Source: a virus. From it: a stretch of DNA of 40,277 nucleotides. Below are positions 7,792-15,463 of this stretch, piece after piece (position 1 is the first letter of the stretch; each line of letters opens with the position of its first letter). The notes beneath the pieces were generated by a model. The model ran no database searches. It saw nothing but the letters and a program-made list of their open reading frames with translations, and was not told the DNA's origin. The stretch lies in the IMG/VR virus record IMGVR_UViG_3300031669_000087; one strand, 5' to 3'. The translations under genes and the position numbers were made by a program.

Positions 7792-9177
7792 CTAGAAAAT
7801 CTTGGTCAGTTCCCGCGACTTGCGCATCAGTGTGTCCTGAACCAATTCATCCGACGACTTCCGCATGGTGAAGATCCTCACTCTGACAGGTCGTTCTTGA
7901 AGGTAGCGGTGGACGCGCATGATGGCCTGCGCATTCCGCGAGGGGACCCAGTCTTGCTCCAAAAACGCAACTTCGCAAGCGGCTTTTTGAAGGCCGTCAA
8001 TGCCTGTTCCCGCGGCTTCGATGTTGCCGATGAACACCCGGCAATATTTGTTCGTCATGAACTTCTGGATGTTCTTCTGGCGCTTATCGGCAGGCGTCTT
8101 GCCATAGAGCGTAACTGGGTTGAAATCACCCAGTAGAATGCGGGCCTCTTCAATGACGGACTGGTGAACCGCGAACAGCACGATCTTGTCGTAGGCGTGG
8201 TTCTTGAGTTCGTCCTTGATGATGTCGCAAATATTGCCTACCTTCGCCAGACCGATGAACCGTCGGAGCGACACACTTGATGCCTGCATCCCTTCCAGGA
8301 TGGTAAGCCTATTTTCATTGGGCGTCTTGGTCTGGTAGACCGACTGCAAGGCAGACCGGAGCGTGGTATCGGCCACCTTCAACTCACCGAAGAACTGGCT
8401 CTCCGTGATGCGCCGAGCCTGGATCTGCTCGTAGAAGTAGGGATCCAGCCGGACGTTGGAACGCTCAACGTAGATCTGCTGGAAGTCCAGAGGCGGCAAC
8501 TCGTTCTTCACGTCCACGTTGGTTCTCCTAAGCATAAACTTCTTGAGCAGCGCCTTCAACTCATCGACATTTTTATGGCCCATGATCTTGAACCCGAAAT
8601 CGGACTCGAACCCAGAGCAGTATCGAAACGTGAAGTCCCAATACGATTCGTTGGTGAGGCCGGCAGCGCGAACGTGGGTGTAAAGTTCGTCGGCGTGGTT
8701 AGGCGCCGGCGTTCCAGAGAGCGCCCACACATGCGCCGCTTTAGCCGCGATGCCTGGGTAGTTCGCTCCACGGCCGTATATCGCCTTGGTGCGCTTGGCT
8801 GATCGATCTTTCAGGTAGTGTGCCTCATCCGTTATGAGCACGTCCCAGGGGCGGGACCTCAACTTGTGGGCCAAAGTGGTAGCCATGTCATATGAAATGA
8901 CGACCACGCCATCGGCCGGGATCGCGTCTTTCGCGGTTTCGATAATCGTGACCCGGTGCCCCATGGGGCTGAACCGTTCAAACTCCCGCTCCCAATTCCA
9001 CTTCACGCTGGCGGGGCATACGACCAGAATGGTCGACGCACCCACAGTGTCACACGCGATGATGGCTTGGGCTGTCTTTCCAAGGCCCATCTCATCTGCG
9101 ATGAAACCGTAGGTTCGCTGAGCGAGAAAGGCCGCGCCTTCCATCTGGTATGGGAACGGGGTTTCAAGATCGGTCAC
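7792..9177 (-). CDS. SNF2-family (SF2) helicase
   Basis: Motif I is ADEMGLGKTAQAI and motif II is LITDEAHYLK. The C-terminal helicase motifs are FIGNIEAAGTGIDGLQ. The GTG start overlaps the upstream stop (GTGA). Confidence 0.85.
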   Translation of the reverse strand: MTDLETPFPYQMEGAAFLAQRTYGFIADEMGLGKTAQAIIACDTVGASTILVVCPASVKWNWEREFERFSPMGHRVTIIETAKDAIPADGVVVISYDMATTLAHKLRSRPWDVLITDEAHYLKDRSAKRTKAIYGRGANYPGIAAKAAHVWALSGTPAPNHADELYTHVRAAGLTNESYWDFTFRYCSGFESDFGFKIMGHKNVDELKALLKKFMLRRTNVDVKNELPPLDFQQIYVERSNVRLDPYFYEQIQARRITESQFFGELKVADTTLRSALQSVYQTKTPNENRLTILEGMQASSVSLRRFIGLAKVGNICDIIKDELKNHAYDKIVLFAVHQSVIEEARILLGDFNPVTLYGKTPADKRQKNIQKFMTNKYCRVFIGNIEAAGTGIDGLQKAACEVAFLEQDWVPSRNAQAIMRVHRYLQERPVRVRIFTMRKSSDELVQDTLMRKSRELTKIF

Positions 9178-9449
9178 AGGCCACGCAGTTCTTCGAGGCC
9201 CTGCGCGTAGCCTGCGACGTCCACCGGGTTGTCGCGCTGAGGTCTCGACGTTTCCCGAGCGATCTTGACCAACATCATGAGGATCATCAAGTCCTCGCAG
9301 CTGATATCAGCAAGCCCAGGGCGCCCGGAAGCGTGGGCCATATCACGCACGCGGCTCCAGTTGTCGGCCCAGGTCCCGTAGGCATCGTGCTTCGGACCAT
9401 TGACCAAGTCATCGGCTTCCTGAAGAACTGATTTTTGTCTCTTGGCCAT
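9174..9449 (-). CDS. Conserved small phage protein (DUF6378-like by memory)
   Basis: MAKRQKSVLQEADDLVNGPKHDAYG...LMILMMLVKIARETSRPQRDNPVDVAGYA, with a GGAGGG RBS. I chose the start at ATG 9449 rather than the track start at 9554. Confidence 0.55.
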   Translation of the reverse strand: MAKRQKSVLQEADDLVNGPKHDAYGTWADNWSRVRDMAHASGRPGLADISCEDLMILMMLVKIARETSRPQRDNPVDVAGYAQGLEELRGL

Positions 9450-9651
9450 AAGGCCCTCCGTTCGTGGGTTGAAAAGAACTCCCCCGCACCACCTTTGCAG
9501 AACCGCGATCCTGCTGCCGCTTGCCCCCGGCTGATGAGGTTCAGGCACAACCATTCATCTTGTTTCATCGTCCACAATTGAAAATGGAGGATGCTGGGGC
9601 TAGACCTGTGTGATGTGACTTGCTGCGGACGGGGGTGAAGATGGACAGGTG

Positions 9652-10017
9652 CTAGTAGCAGGTGAATGGGGTCAGGCTTTCGTCGTAGAAGGCGCGGTTG
9701 GGCTGGAAGTCCCGCCCACTGGCAGCTTTCAATGCAGCCTTGGCGATGGTCATTTGTGTTTCGAGTCGTCCAATCTGGCTCCGCTTTCGAGCCTTGAACG
9801 ATTCCAGCGCAAGTTCCTGGGTCGGGTAGGCGAATCGCTTGCCCTCACCATCGAGGACGAAACGATCCTTACCTCTCGGGTAGTCGAAGCCAACCGGGTT
9901 CCGGCTGATCCAAGCGCCCTTGGGGGTTCGGCGCATAACCCGGAACTGCATCAGGTCGATGACCATTTCCCCGCCTTCCCACAGGAGGCGATCAGCCATT
10001 CGGTAAAGGATTTCCAT
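9652..10017 (-). CDS. Hypothetical protein (121 aa)
   Basis: Intact ORF with a GGAG RBS, in a co-oriented tightly packed gene string. Confidence 0.6.
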   Translation of the reverse strand: MEILYRMADRLLWEGGEMVIDLMQFRVMRRTPKGAWISRNPVGFDYPRGKDRFVLDGEGKRFAYPTQELALESFKARKRSQIGRLETQMTIAKAALKAASGRDFQPNRAFYDESLTPFTCY

Positions 10018-10047
10018 GGGATCTCCGAGGGTCGTGCAGATGGACAG

Positions 10048-10287
10048 CTACAGTTTCAGGTGACGGGTGGATGGGGCGCGTAGGATGGGTTTGTTCGCGG
10101 TTCGCATCGCTTCGGCTCTCGCGGCGGCTTCCTTGCCCTGCTCGATGCCGTTCAGCTTGTTCGCCAGTTCCTTCCCCGCCATGTCGCGGAACTTCTTGGA
10201 ACAGCTAACGGGAACAAGCTGGAGGATGACCTTGCCTTCAAGGTCCACCAGCCCTGTGCCTCGTTCAAATTTGTATCGGGTGGTCAT
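10048..10287 (-). CDS. Hypothetical protein (79 aa)
   Basis: Intact ORF with an AAGGA RBS and a GAACC-ATG context shared with its neighbours. Confidence 0.55.
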   Translation of the reverse strand: MTTRYKFERGTGLVDLEGKVILQLVPVSCSKKFRDMAGKELANKLNGIEQGKEAAARAEAMRTANKPILRAPSTRHLKL

Positions 10288-10311
10288 GGTTCAGTCCTTT
10301 GGACATATTCG

Positions 10312-10584
10312 TTACTTGGGAAGTCGGGCTTTGATCCATGCCATCGCTTCAGCTTTCGCCTCCGCTTCTGTTGGCTTGGGTTCCCCACAGGTGTTCCTGT
10401 ATTCGCCCACGGCGTCAGTCCCGCAGACCCAATACCAGCCCCTCAGGGGACCGCGCCAACCACCTCCCAACGCGGAAACGGTGGCGTATTCCTTAACCCC
10501 ATCCCAAAGGTATGAGGACCTAGGACCAGCGCCGACTGATCGGAGCCCGGTTTCGCGTGGTTGCTTCTTCCATCGGAGAGCCAT
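10312..10584 (-). CDS. Hypothetical protein (90 aa, Trp/Gly-rich)
   Basis: Intact ORF with an AAAGGTG RBS and a GAACC-ATG context. Confidence 0.55.
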   Translation of the reverse strand: MALRWKKQPRETGLRSVGAGPRSSYLWDGVKEYATVSALGGGWRGPLRGWYWVCGTDAVGEYRNTCGEPKPTEAEAKAEAMAWIKARLPK

Positions 10585-10602
10585 GGTTCACCTTTCTGGG
10601 CA

Positions 10603-10791
10603 TTATTCGGGAAGGGTGGCGTCGAGTAGGGACACGATCTGGGATTGGGTGAGTGTTCCACCACCGATGCCCATAGGGTTATCGCCCAGATAGCCGATGA
10701 TTGCGGTTCGCATCTGCGCGGCGTTCTCGGGTAGCTTGACCGTCACAAGGGAACGACGGTGGCAGGATGGGCACTCTAGGGGTTGCTGCAT
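10603..10791 (-). CDS. Hypothetical protein (62 aa)
   Basis: Intact ORF with a GAGGTG RBS. It has an N-terminal CPSC pair. Confidence 0.5.
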   Translation of the reverse strand: MQQPLECPSCHRRSLVTVKLPENAAQMRTAIIGYLGDNPMGIGGGTLTQSQIVSLLDATLPE

Positions 10792-10828
10792 TGGGCACCT
10801 CGGAAGGTTCGGGGAGTGGACAGGTGCG

Positions 10829-11059
10829 CTATTTCAGTGCGTCTGGGTTCTGCGCTTCGAGGCGGCAGGCGTAGGGGCGCATGGAGATGGGATGCTTGCG
10901 GGGATTTCCTGCGGGCGTCTTGTCCACCTTTACGATGTAGACGGGGAAGCGATGGCGCGGGTCAGGAAGGGCGGTGACGATGCCCTCATTCACGGGGTCG
11001 GTGGCATACCGCGCTTTCCATGTGACGTGGGTTCCGATGGGGATGCGCTTGGTAGTCAT
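10829..11059 (-). CDS. Hypothetical protein (76 aa)
   Basis: Intact ORF with an AAAGG RBS and an AAACC-ATG context. Confidence 0.55.
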   Translation of the reverse strand: MTTKRIPIGTHVTWKARYATDPVNEGIVTALPDPRHRFPVYIVKVDKTPAGNPRKHPISMRPYACRLEAQNPDALK

Positions 11060-11095
11060 GGTTTACCTTTCGAGTGGGGTGAGTGTGGACAGGTG

Positions 11096-11317
11096 CTACT
11101 TGGGTTGGGATTCGTGATAGGCGAGGCAGAACTTCCGTGCCATCGGATCGTTCGACAGGTTGATCGAGAGGTATTGCCCCCCGGCATGGAGATGAATCCA
11201 CACACCGTCTTCAGCATCCTGCAGGTAGGCTTGCGCCAGCCGTTCTTTCAGGGATTCGATACACATTTGGTCGTCAAGGATGTCGTGGTCAGTCCCACCA
11301 CATTGATCACATTGCAT
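11096..11317 (-). CDS. Hypothetical protein (73 aa)
   Basis: Intact ORF with a GGAGGA RBS. It has an N-terminal CDQCGG motif. Confidence 0.55.
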   Translation of the reverse strand: MQCDQCGGTDHDILDDQMCIESLKERLAQAYLQDAEDGVWIHLHAGGQYLSINLSNDPMARKFCLAYHESQPK

Positions 11318-11350
11318 GGTTCCTCCAGATGGGCAGAAGCGGCACAGCCG

Positions 11351-11719
11351 CTAGGTTGATGGGTCTGATTTCGGAAGATCCGCAGACGCTTGGCGAACCT
11401 TACCCCCGTGCCTCATCAGCCACTCACGGGCAGTCTGCTCGTGTGTCTGGTGGCCGTTGGCCGCTTCGCCTGCGATAGCCCGAAAGAACACCAGCGCGTC
11501 ATTGTAGGCACCCTCCAGCCGTTTACGCTCAGCTTCGAGGCTGAGGAGCTTCAACTCGACGGGCTGGCGCAGCATCCGCTGACGGGCCTCCACAGCCTCC
11601 AGGGGACGCTCTACGAGCCCGCCGAGCAGATCACCCAGCGAACGGTGTGCTGCGTCACGCACGCCCAACGGGGCGTAGCCGATGGCTGCGTAAAGGTCAT
11701 CAATCCGAGGATCGGTCAT
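11351..11719 (-). CDS. Hypothetical protein (122 aa)
   Basis: Intact ORF with a GGAG RBS, largely helical in character. Confidence 0.6.
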   Translation of the reverse strand: MTDPRIDDLYAAIGYAPLGVRDAAHRSLGDLLGGLVERPLEAVEARQRMLRQPVELKLLSLEAERKRLEGAYNDALVFFRAIAGEAANGHQTHEQTAREWLMRHGGKVRQASADLPKSDPST

Positions 11720-11722
11720 GGC

Positions 11723-11923
11723 TTACTCCGAAGCCGCGGTCGTCACGGCGACCGGATACTCGACGATAGCGTCAGGCTTCACACCGTTCATGCCGAGCAG
11801 CCGGTCCAGCGATTGCCGGAGGCCCACCTGGTAGGCGACGTTGGCTTCCTGGATCTTGGCGGCACGGGACTCGGACAGGTTCATGATCTCACGCAGGAGG
11901 GAGAGCTTCTGTTCTGGGTTCAT
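11723..11923 (-). CDS. Hypothetical protein (66 aa)
   Basis: MNPEQKLSLLREIMNLSESRAAKIQEANVAYQ... The ATG overlaps the upstream stop (TGATG) and there is a GGAG RBS. The track's longer N-terminus (to 12040) overlaps the upstream gene. Confidence 0.5.
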   Translation of the reverse strand: MNPEQKLSLLREIMNLSESRAAKIQEANVAYQVGLRQSLDRLLGMNGVKPDAIVEYPVAVTTAASE

Positions 11924-12096
11924 CAGTGGCTCCGGGTGCGAACGAAAGTCGCAAGGGTTAGAAGGATGAGAGCGATGCCGAAAGTGAAGAAATTGAACGC
12001 GACGATGGCAACCACAATCCAGCCGCCGATCGTCATCCACAAAACGGCTTCGCCTGTAGCCTTAAGAATCTGGAGGATGGGGAGAGACGCGCTCAC
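11923..12096 (-). CDS. Small membrane protein (57 aa)
   Basis: The proposed GTG start at 12096 overlaps the upstream TGA (GTGA), and AAGGGG lies upstream. The hydrophobic core is WMTIGGWIVVAIVAFNFFTFGIALILLTLATFV. The start is uncertain; an alternative ATG gives 37 aa. Confidence 0.4.
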   Translation of the reverse strand: MSASLPILQILKATGEAVLWMTIGGWIVVAIVAFNFFTFGIALILLTLATFVRTRSH

Positions 12097-12275
12097 CGAC
12101 GCAGCCCCTTCCGAGTCTGCTGGACCGCGGCCTTCTTCAGCTTGCGCCGACGGTTCCACACACTGAAGTCCTGTTTGATGTCGAACCACTGAACGGCGGC
12201 CACGGCACAACAGAAAAAGACGAACCCGAGCAGGAACACGATGCCGATCACACGGTTAACGATGAGGTAGGCCAT
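12093..12275 (-). CDS. Small membrane protein (60 aa)
   Basis: MAYLIVNRVIGIVFLLGFVFFCCAVAAVQWF followed by a basic tail. It has a strong AGGAGGG RBS, and its ATG overlaps the RuvC-like stop. Confidence 0.6.
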   Translation of the reverse strand: MAYLIVNRVIGIVFLLGFVFFCCAVAAVQWFDIKQDFSVWNRRRKLKKAAVQQTRKGLRR

Positions 12276-12784
12276 CACTTCCCTCCTGTGAGTGTGTGGT
12301 GGTAGTAGACAGCCAGGAGCAGAGCTTCCGCTCGGCCGTCGTCCTTCTTCCGTTTGAATTGATCTGCCAAGTTGGGGAACAGCTTGGCCGCAAGTTCCCG
12401 GGCCCGGTCCTTCGTGGCGCCCTGGGGTTCGTCTGGGCTGCGCTGGAGCCCCATCTTGACCTTCCACACGCTGGGAGCGATCAAGGTCATGGGGATACCA
12501 TTGGCGGCCAGGACGCCGTGGATGATGCCTGTGGACAAGCCGAAATTGAACGCGCCAGCTTGGCGGGGGCGGGAGTGGACGTTTTCAACCGCAGCGTGGA
12601 TGTTGAGCCCCTTCAATTGACTCCGCATGTCCACCAACTGGGTGTGCAGCACGCCGGCGGATACTCCACCTTTGAAGATTGGGGTGCCCCACACACGAGA
12701 CGCTGCGGGTTGGCCTACGCAGTAGAGGCCGAAGCCCCCGCCGAGGCCGGGGTCAACGCCGAGGATGAAGTCAGGGAAGCTCAT
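12275..12784 (-). CDS. RuvC-like Holliday junction resolvase
   Basis: MSFPDFILGVDPGLGGG (first catalytic Asp), AAVENVH (Glu) and DDGRAEALLLA (C-terminal Asp). I chose the start at ATG 12784. Confidence 0.75.
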   Translation of the reverse strand: MSFPDFILGVDPGLGGGFGLYCVGQPAASRVWGTPIFKGGVSAGVLHTQLVDMRSQLKGLNIHAAVENVHSRPRQAGAFNFGLSTGIIHGVLAANGIPMTLIAPSVWKVKMGLQRSPDEPQGATKDRARELAAKLFPNLADQFKRKKDDGRAEALLLAVYYHHTLTGGK

Positions 12785-12788
12785 TGGA

Positions 12789-12968
12789 TCACCCCTGGTG
12801 ACTCTGCAAGAACTTCGCACCCACACCCGCGGCCATGAATTCCTTACTCCGGGCCTTTAACTCGGCCCGGGCAGCGGCGTGGCTCAGTGTGCCGCCTTCA
12901 ATGATGTCGAGCAGAGCTTTGTCTTCGCGCTCCCGCATCTTGGCGGCTCGGTTATTGTTATGGGCCAC
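12789..12968 (-). CDS. Hypothetical small protein (59 aa, GTG start)
   Basis: Not in the ORF track because it is under 60 aa. The GTG at 12968 is preceded by GAAGGAGAAG. Translation: (M)AHNNNRAAKMREREDKALLDIIEGGTLSHAAARAELKARSKEFMAAGVGAKFLQSHQG. It exactly fills the gap between the two neighbouring genes. Confidence 0.45.
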   Translation of the reverse strand: MAHNNNRAAKMREREDKALLDIIEGGTLSHAAARAELKARSKEFMAAGVGAKFLQSHQG

Positions 12969-12969
12969 G

Positions 12970-13524
12970 TTACTTCTCCTTCAGCTTGGGGTTAGGGCGG
13001 GGAGCCCAGTCATCGTCGGATAGCAGAACCCCATGGAGCCGGGCGATGGACTTGATCTTGGCGACGTGCCGGGAGGGGATGATCCCATTCGTGCCCTTGG
13101 GCGCTGGATAGGACCACCGGTAGCAGGTTGATTCGTTGACGTGGAGCAGATGAGACATCGCGCATTCGCCGCCGAACAGGCTGCAAATGTGGACGGCCTG
13201 GCCGAAGTCGGCCGTGGTGCTGGGTGTCGTGTTGCGCCGGGGCCCCACCACCTGATGCGCAGGATTGAGACAGCGCTTCGTGCCGCAGGTTGGGAGCAGC
13301 GGCTCATTGGGAACCAGCTGGCTGTCAGTCAAGATCTCGTAGACCACCCGATGCGCCGTCTTGTGCAGTCCGCAGTAGGACGTGATGGGGTCGCCCTTGG
13401 GGGTGGTGTAGCCCTGCCACAGCCAGCAGCCGGCCGGCGTCCGCTTGATGTATTTTTGCAGACGCTGGGGTAGGGCGCTGAATGGAGCTGGGTGAACTCT
13501 GGATGCTTTGGACATGGTTTTCAA
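12970..13524 (-). CDS. Fusion protein: degenerate HNH-like N-terminal domain plus Cro/YdaS-like HTH C-terminal domain
   Basis: The N-terminus GCWLWQGYT...AHRVVYEI...LPTCGTKRCLNPAHQVVG follows the CWxWxG...AHR...HxCxxxxCxNPxHL pattern of phage HNH proteins, but has Thr where the His before the Cys is expected. The C-terminus LLHVNESTCYRWSYPAPKGTNGIIPSRHVAKIKSIARLHGVLLSDDDW resembles YdaS/Cro HTH proteins. Confidence 0.55.
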   Translation of the reverse strand: MKTMSKASRVHPAPFSALPQRLQKYIKRTPAGCWLWQGYTTPKGDPITSYCGLHKTAHRVVYEILTDSQLVPNEPLLPTCGTKRCLNPAHQVVGPRRNTTPSTTADFGQAVHICSLFGGECAMSHLLHVNESTCYRWSYPAPKGTNGIIPSRHVAKIKSIARLHGVLLSDDDWAPRPNPKLKEK

Positions 13525-13704
13525 TCAGGCGGGGGAAATGGTGGAGGGCTGGCCATCGGTCTGGATGACGGCCCAACCCTGGGAAACCAGGTGGTCGGAC
13601 AGGCCGAGGCCGTTCGCCGCTTCCCTGAAGTTGTGGAATTTAGCCGACCTGTGGGTCCGGCCGTGGGAGTCGATGATCGAGTAGGCGTGGGTGTCGGAGG
13701 ACAT
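13525..13704 (-). CDS. Hypothetical protein (59 aa)
   Basis: MSSDTHAYSIIDSHGRTHRSAKFHNFREAANGLGLSDHLVSQGW... with GGAG upstream. The rest of the 182-aa track ORF overlaps better-supported genes. Confidence 0.45.
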   Translation of the reverse strand: MSSDTHAYSIIDSHGRTHRSAKFHNFREAANGLGLSDHLVSQGWAVIQTDGQPSTISPA

Positions 13705-13709
13705 GGGGG

Positions 13710-13808
13710 CTACTCCGCGAAGGGGTGAAGAAGGTAGGCCAAGGCGCCGATGATGGCGCCGGCCACGGCCAACTGGATGAGTATGCGGGCTCGGTTGATG
13801 GGTCGCAT
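13710..13808 (-). CDS. Possible micro-ORF encoding a 32-aa membrane peptide
   Basis: MRPINRARILIQLAVAGAIIGALAYLLHPFAE fills the gap between flanking genes. It has no clear RBS, so translational coupling would be needed. Confidence 0.25.
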   Translation of the reverse strand: MRPINRARILIQLAVAGAIIGALAYLLHPFAE

Positions 13809-13813
13809 GGGAT

Positions 13814-14095
13814 CTAGCCCGCGGATTCGATGAGGTCGAGGATGGCCTGAATCTCGGCTTCCCTGCCGATGTCGGGAAAGATGAAGGACTCACGGTAACG
13901 CTGGGCGCGTTCTTTGAGGTTGAAGATGAATTTTTCAACCTCTTCAACCTTTTGATCGGCGGCCTTCTGTTCGTCTTCGGCCACTTCAGACTCGCGCTCC
14001 AGTTCCTCAATCCGAGTTTGGGCGTCTTTGAGGCCCGACTGCGCCTCTTCCAACGCGCCTTCCAGCAATTCAATGCGGGCCTGTTTCGTGGTCAC
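13814..14095 (-). CDS. Acidic coiled-coil protein (93 aa)
   Basis: GTG start with a GAGGGGG RBS. The sequence has heptad-like, E/K-rich stretches (LEEAQSGLKDAQTRIEELERESEVAEDEQKAADQKVEEVEKF). Confidence 0.6.
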   Translation of the reverse strand: MTTKQARIELLEGALEEAQSGLKDAQTRIEELERESEVAEDEQKAADQKVEEVEKFIFNLKERAQRYRESFIFPDIGREAEIQAILDLIESAG

Positions 14096-14098
14096 CGG

Positions 14099-14284
14099 TC
14101 ACCCCCTCTTCGGTTCAGTGATCCGGATGCCGTGAGCCAGGCAGAAACCCCGGACACGGTCCATCCCGAAGCAGTCGTTCAGGGTAGAGAAGGCCAGGGT
14201 GGGCGCCTGCCACTTGGCCAGGATGAGGAGATCTACGGCGGGGCCGTCGCGCCGGATTGTGGCTTTCATGGGCATGGGGATCAC
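14099..14284 (-). CDS. Hypothetical protein (61 aa or shorter)
   Basis: Open frame, but no convincing RBS before the GTG at 14284 or the internal ATGs at 14275 and 14269. Confidence 0.35.
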   Translation of the reverse strand: MIPMPMKATIRRDGPAVDLLILAKWQAPTLAFSTLNDCFGMDRVRGFCLAHGIRITEPKRG

Positions 14285-14332
14285 CGTGTCGGGTGGCCCG
14301 TGGATCGCCGCGGGGCCGGGTTGGTTGCGCTC

Positions 14333-14361
14333 AGTGTAGGGTGGGCCTGAGACCGGCGCAA
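14333..14361 (-). promoter_or_regulatory. Candidate sigma70-type promoter TTGCGC-17-TACACT
   Basis: The minus strand reads TTGCGC (14361..14356), a 17-nt spacer, then TACACT (14338..14333). It lies in the 133-bp gap between genes and is flanked by GCCGGGTTGG repeat copies. Confidence 0.3.
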
Positions 14362-14379
14362 GGGGTTGATGTGAAATTT

Positions 14380-14421
14380 ATTTGCTGGGTTGGATTTGCC
14401 GGGTTGGACTTGCCGGGTTAC
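14380..14421. repeat. Three tandem 14-bp direct repeats (iteron-like)
   Basis: atttgctgggttgg / atttgccgggttgg / acttgccgggttac. A fourth core copy, gccgggttgg, lies at 14315..14324. The last unit overlaps the stop codon of the 14418..14933 gene. Confidence 0.85.
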
Positions 14422-14933
14422 GAGAGCCGATGGACCGTGATCGAGTGTGCCCCGTTGGCCTTCTTCTCCCTGCCGCGGGAAACCCGGAAGAAGTTGTGAG
14501 GGTGGTTCGACTCAATGTTGTAGCGGACGGCTGTCGCCAGCTGGGATGGGGTGAGTGTTTTACTGACAACCTCAAAATGCTCACCCGGTTCGATCCGAAG
14601 TAAAAACTTCCAGGCGATCGTGTGGTCGTTCACGGTGAACTCAGGCCCTGCGTTTCCCTTGTCCGAGTCATACTCCTCAACGCGCCAGCAGCGGACGCCC
14701 ACTTGGCCGTTTTCAGTCACGGTCCGGATGACGAAGCACCGCCTCCCGGTGATGACGTGGGCTCTGTAGCGGTCTACGGCCGCACGGACGGCCCGGTCTA
14801 GCCCTTGCAGTGTCTCGGGGGACTCCGGCGCCACGAAGAAGCTGTATCCCACCTTCATCTCAGCGAAGGGATATCGGCGCTTGACCTTTGGGCGATAAAC
14901 CGGAACGTTCTTAATAGTTACAGGCATGAACAT
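14418..14933 (-). CDS. Hypothetical protein (171 aa), first gene after a strong promoter
   Basis: MFMPVTIKNVPVYRPKVKRRYPFAEMKVGYSFFV... with GGAGG 5 nt upstream of the ATG at 14933. The track's N-terminal extension to 15068 runs through the promoter. Confidence 0.65.
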   Translation of the reverse strand: MFMPVTIKNVPVYRPKVKRRYPFAEMKVGYSFFVAPESPETLQGLDRAVRAAVDRYRAHVITGRRCFVIRTVTENGQVGVRCWRVEEYDSDKGNAGPEFTVNDHTIAWKFLLRIEPGEHFEVVSKTLTPSQLATAVRYNIESNHPHNFFRVSRGREKKANGAHSITVHRLS

Positions 14934-14950
14934 GGCCGCCTCCTGATTAC

Positions 14951-14978
14951 AGTATAGAATTAGAATGCGCAGAGTCAA
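14951..14978 (-). promoter_or_regulatory. Near-consensus sigma70 promoter TTGACT-16-TATACT
   Basis: The minus strand reads TTGACT (14978..14973), the 16-nt spacer CTGCGCATTCTAATTC, then TATACT (14956..14951). GTAATCA and the GGAGG RBS follow, which implies a very short leader. Confidence 0.55.
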
Positions 14979-15427
14979 CGGGGGCGCGGGAAACTTAGCT
15001 GATATCGCGTGAGAATGTAATGATGGCGCGCCCGTTCCCGTTGAAAACGCGAAAACGGCCGGGACCAAATCGCCCCGATTGCCTAAAAATAAGGGTTGCT
15101 CTCAGAACCGCGTTACGATTTCGATTTTACCGCCAGCCAGGAATGTGCGGGGGAGCCTGTTGCGAGAAAAACCACCGGGGGGGATTACCGCGCTGTCACA
15201 AAACACACTACTGTTTCTATTCTTCTGATTTTCTAAAGTAAAGAAGAGATAGGAACATTCCATATGCAGTATGAAGAAAGTTAAAGTTGAGACGAAGTAT
15301 CTTCTTAGATGAAAGGGGAACACGATAACCTGTAAGGCATATGAAAATACAAAACCCACTTTTCGGAAATTCGAGATGTGATTTTTGTGAAGCCGGGGAA
15401 ATTGATTGTGGGTATTTATTCTCGGGC

Positions 15428-15463
15428 AGAAAAATACCCTGGGGATTATCCAGGGTATTTTTC
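15428..15463. terminator. Bidirectional rho-independent-type hairpin
   Basis: The perfect 12-bp inverted repeat aaaataccctgg / ccagggtatttt has a 7-nt loop (ggattat) and is flanked by A and T runs. It lies 62 nt downstream of the stop of the 15525..15755 gene. Confidence 0.6.

Noticed and set aside
9642-9654. Plus-strand TGGACAGGTGCTA read as a sigma54 (-24/-12) promoter.
   Set aside because: The GG-to-GC spacing is 8 nt, not the required 12. The orientation would also drive transcription antisense to all local genes.
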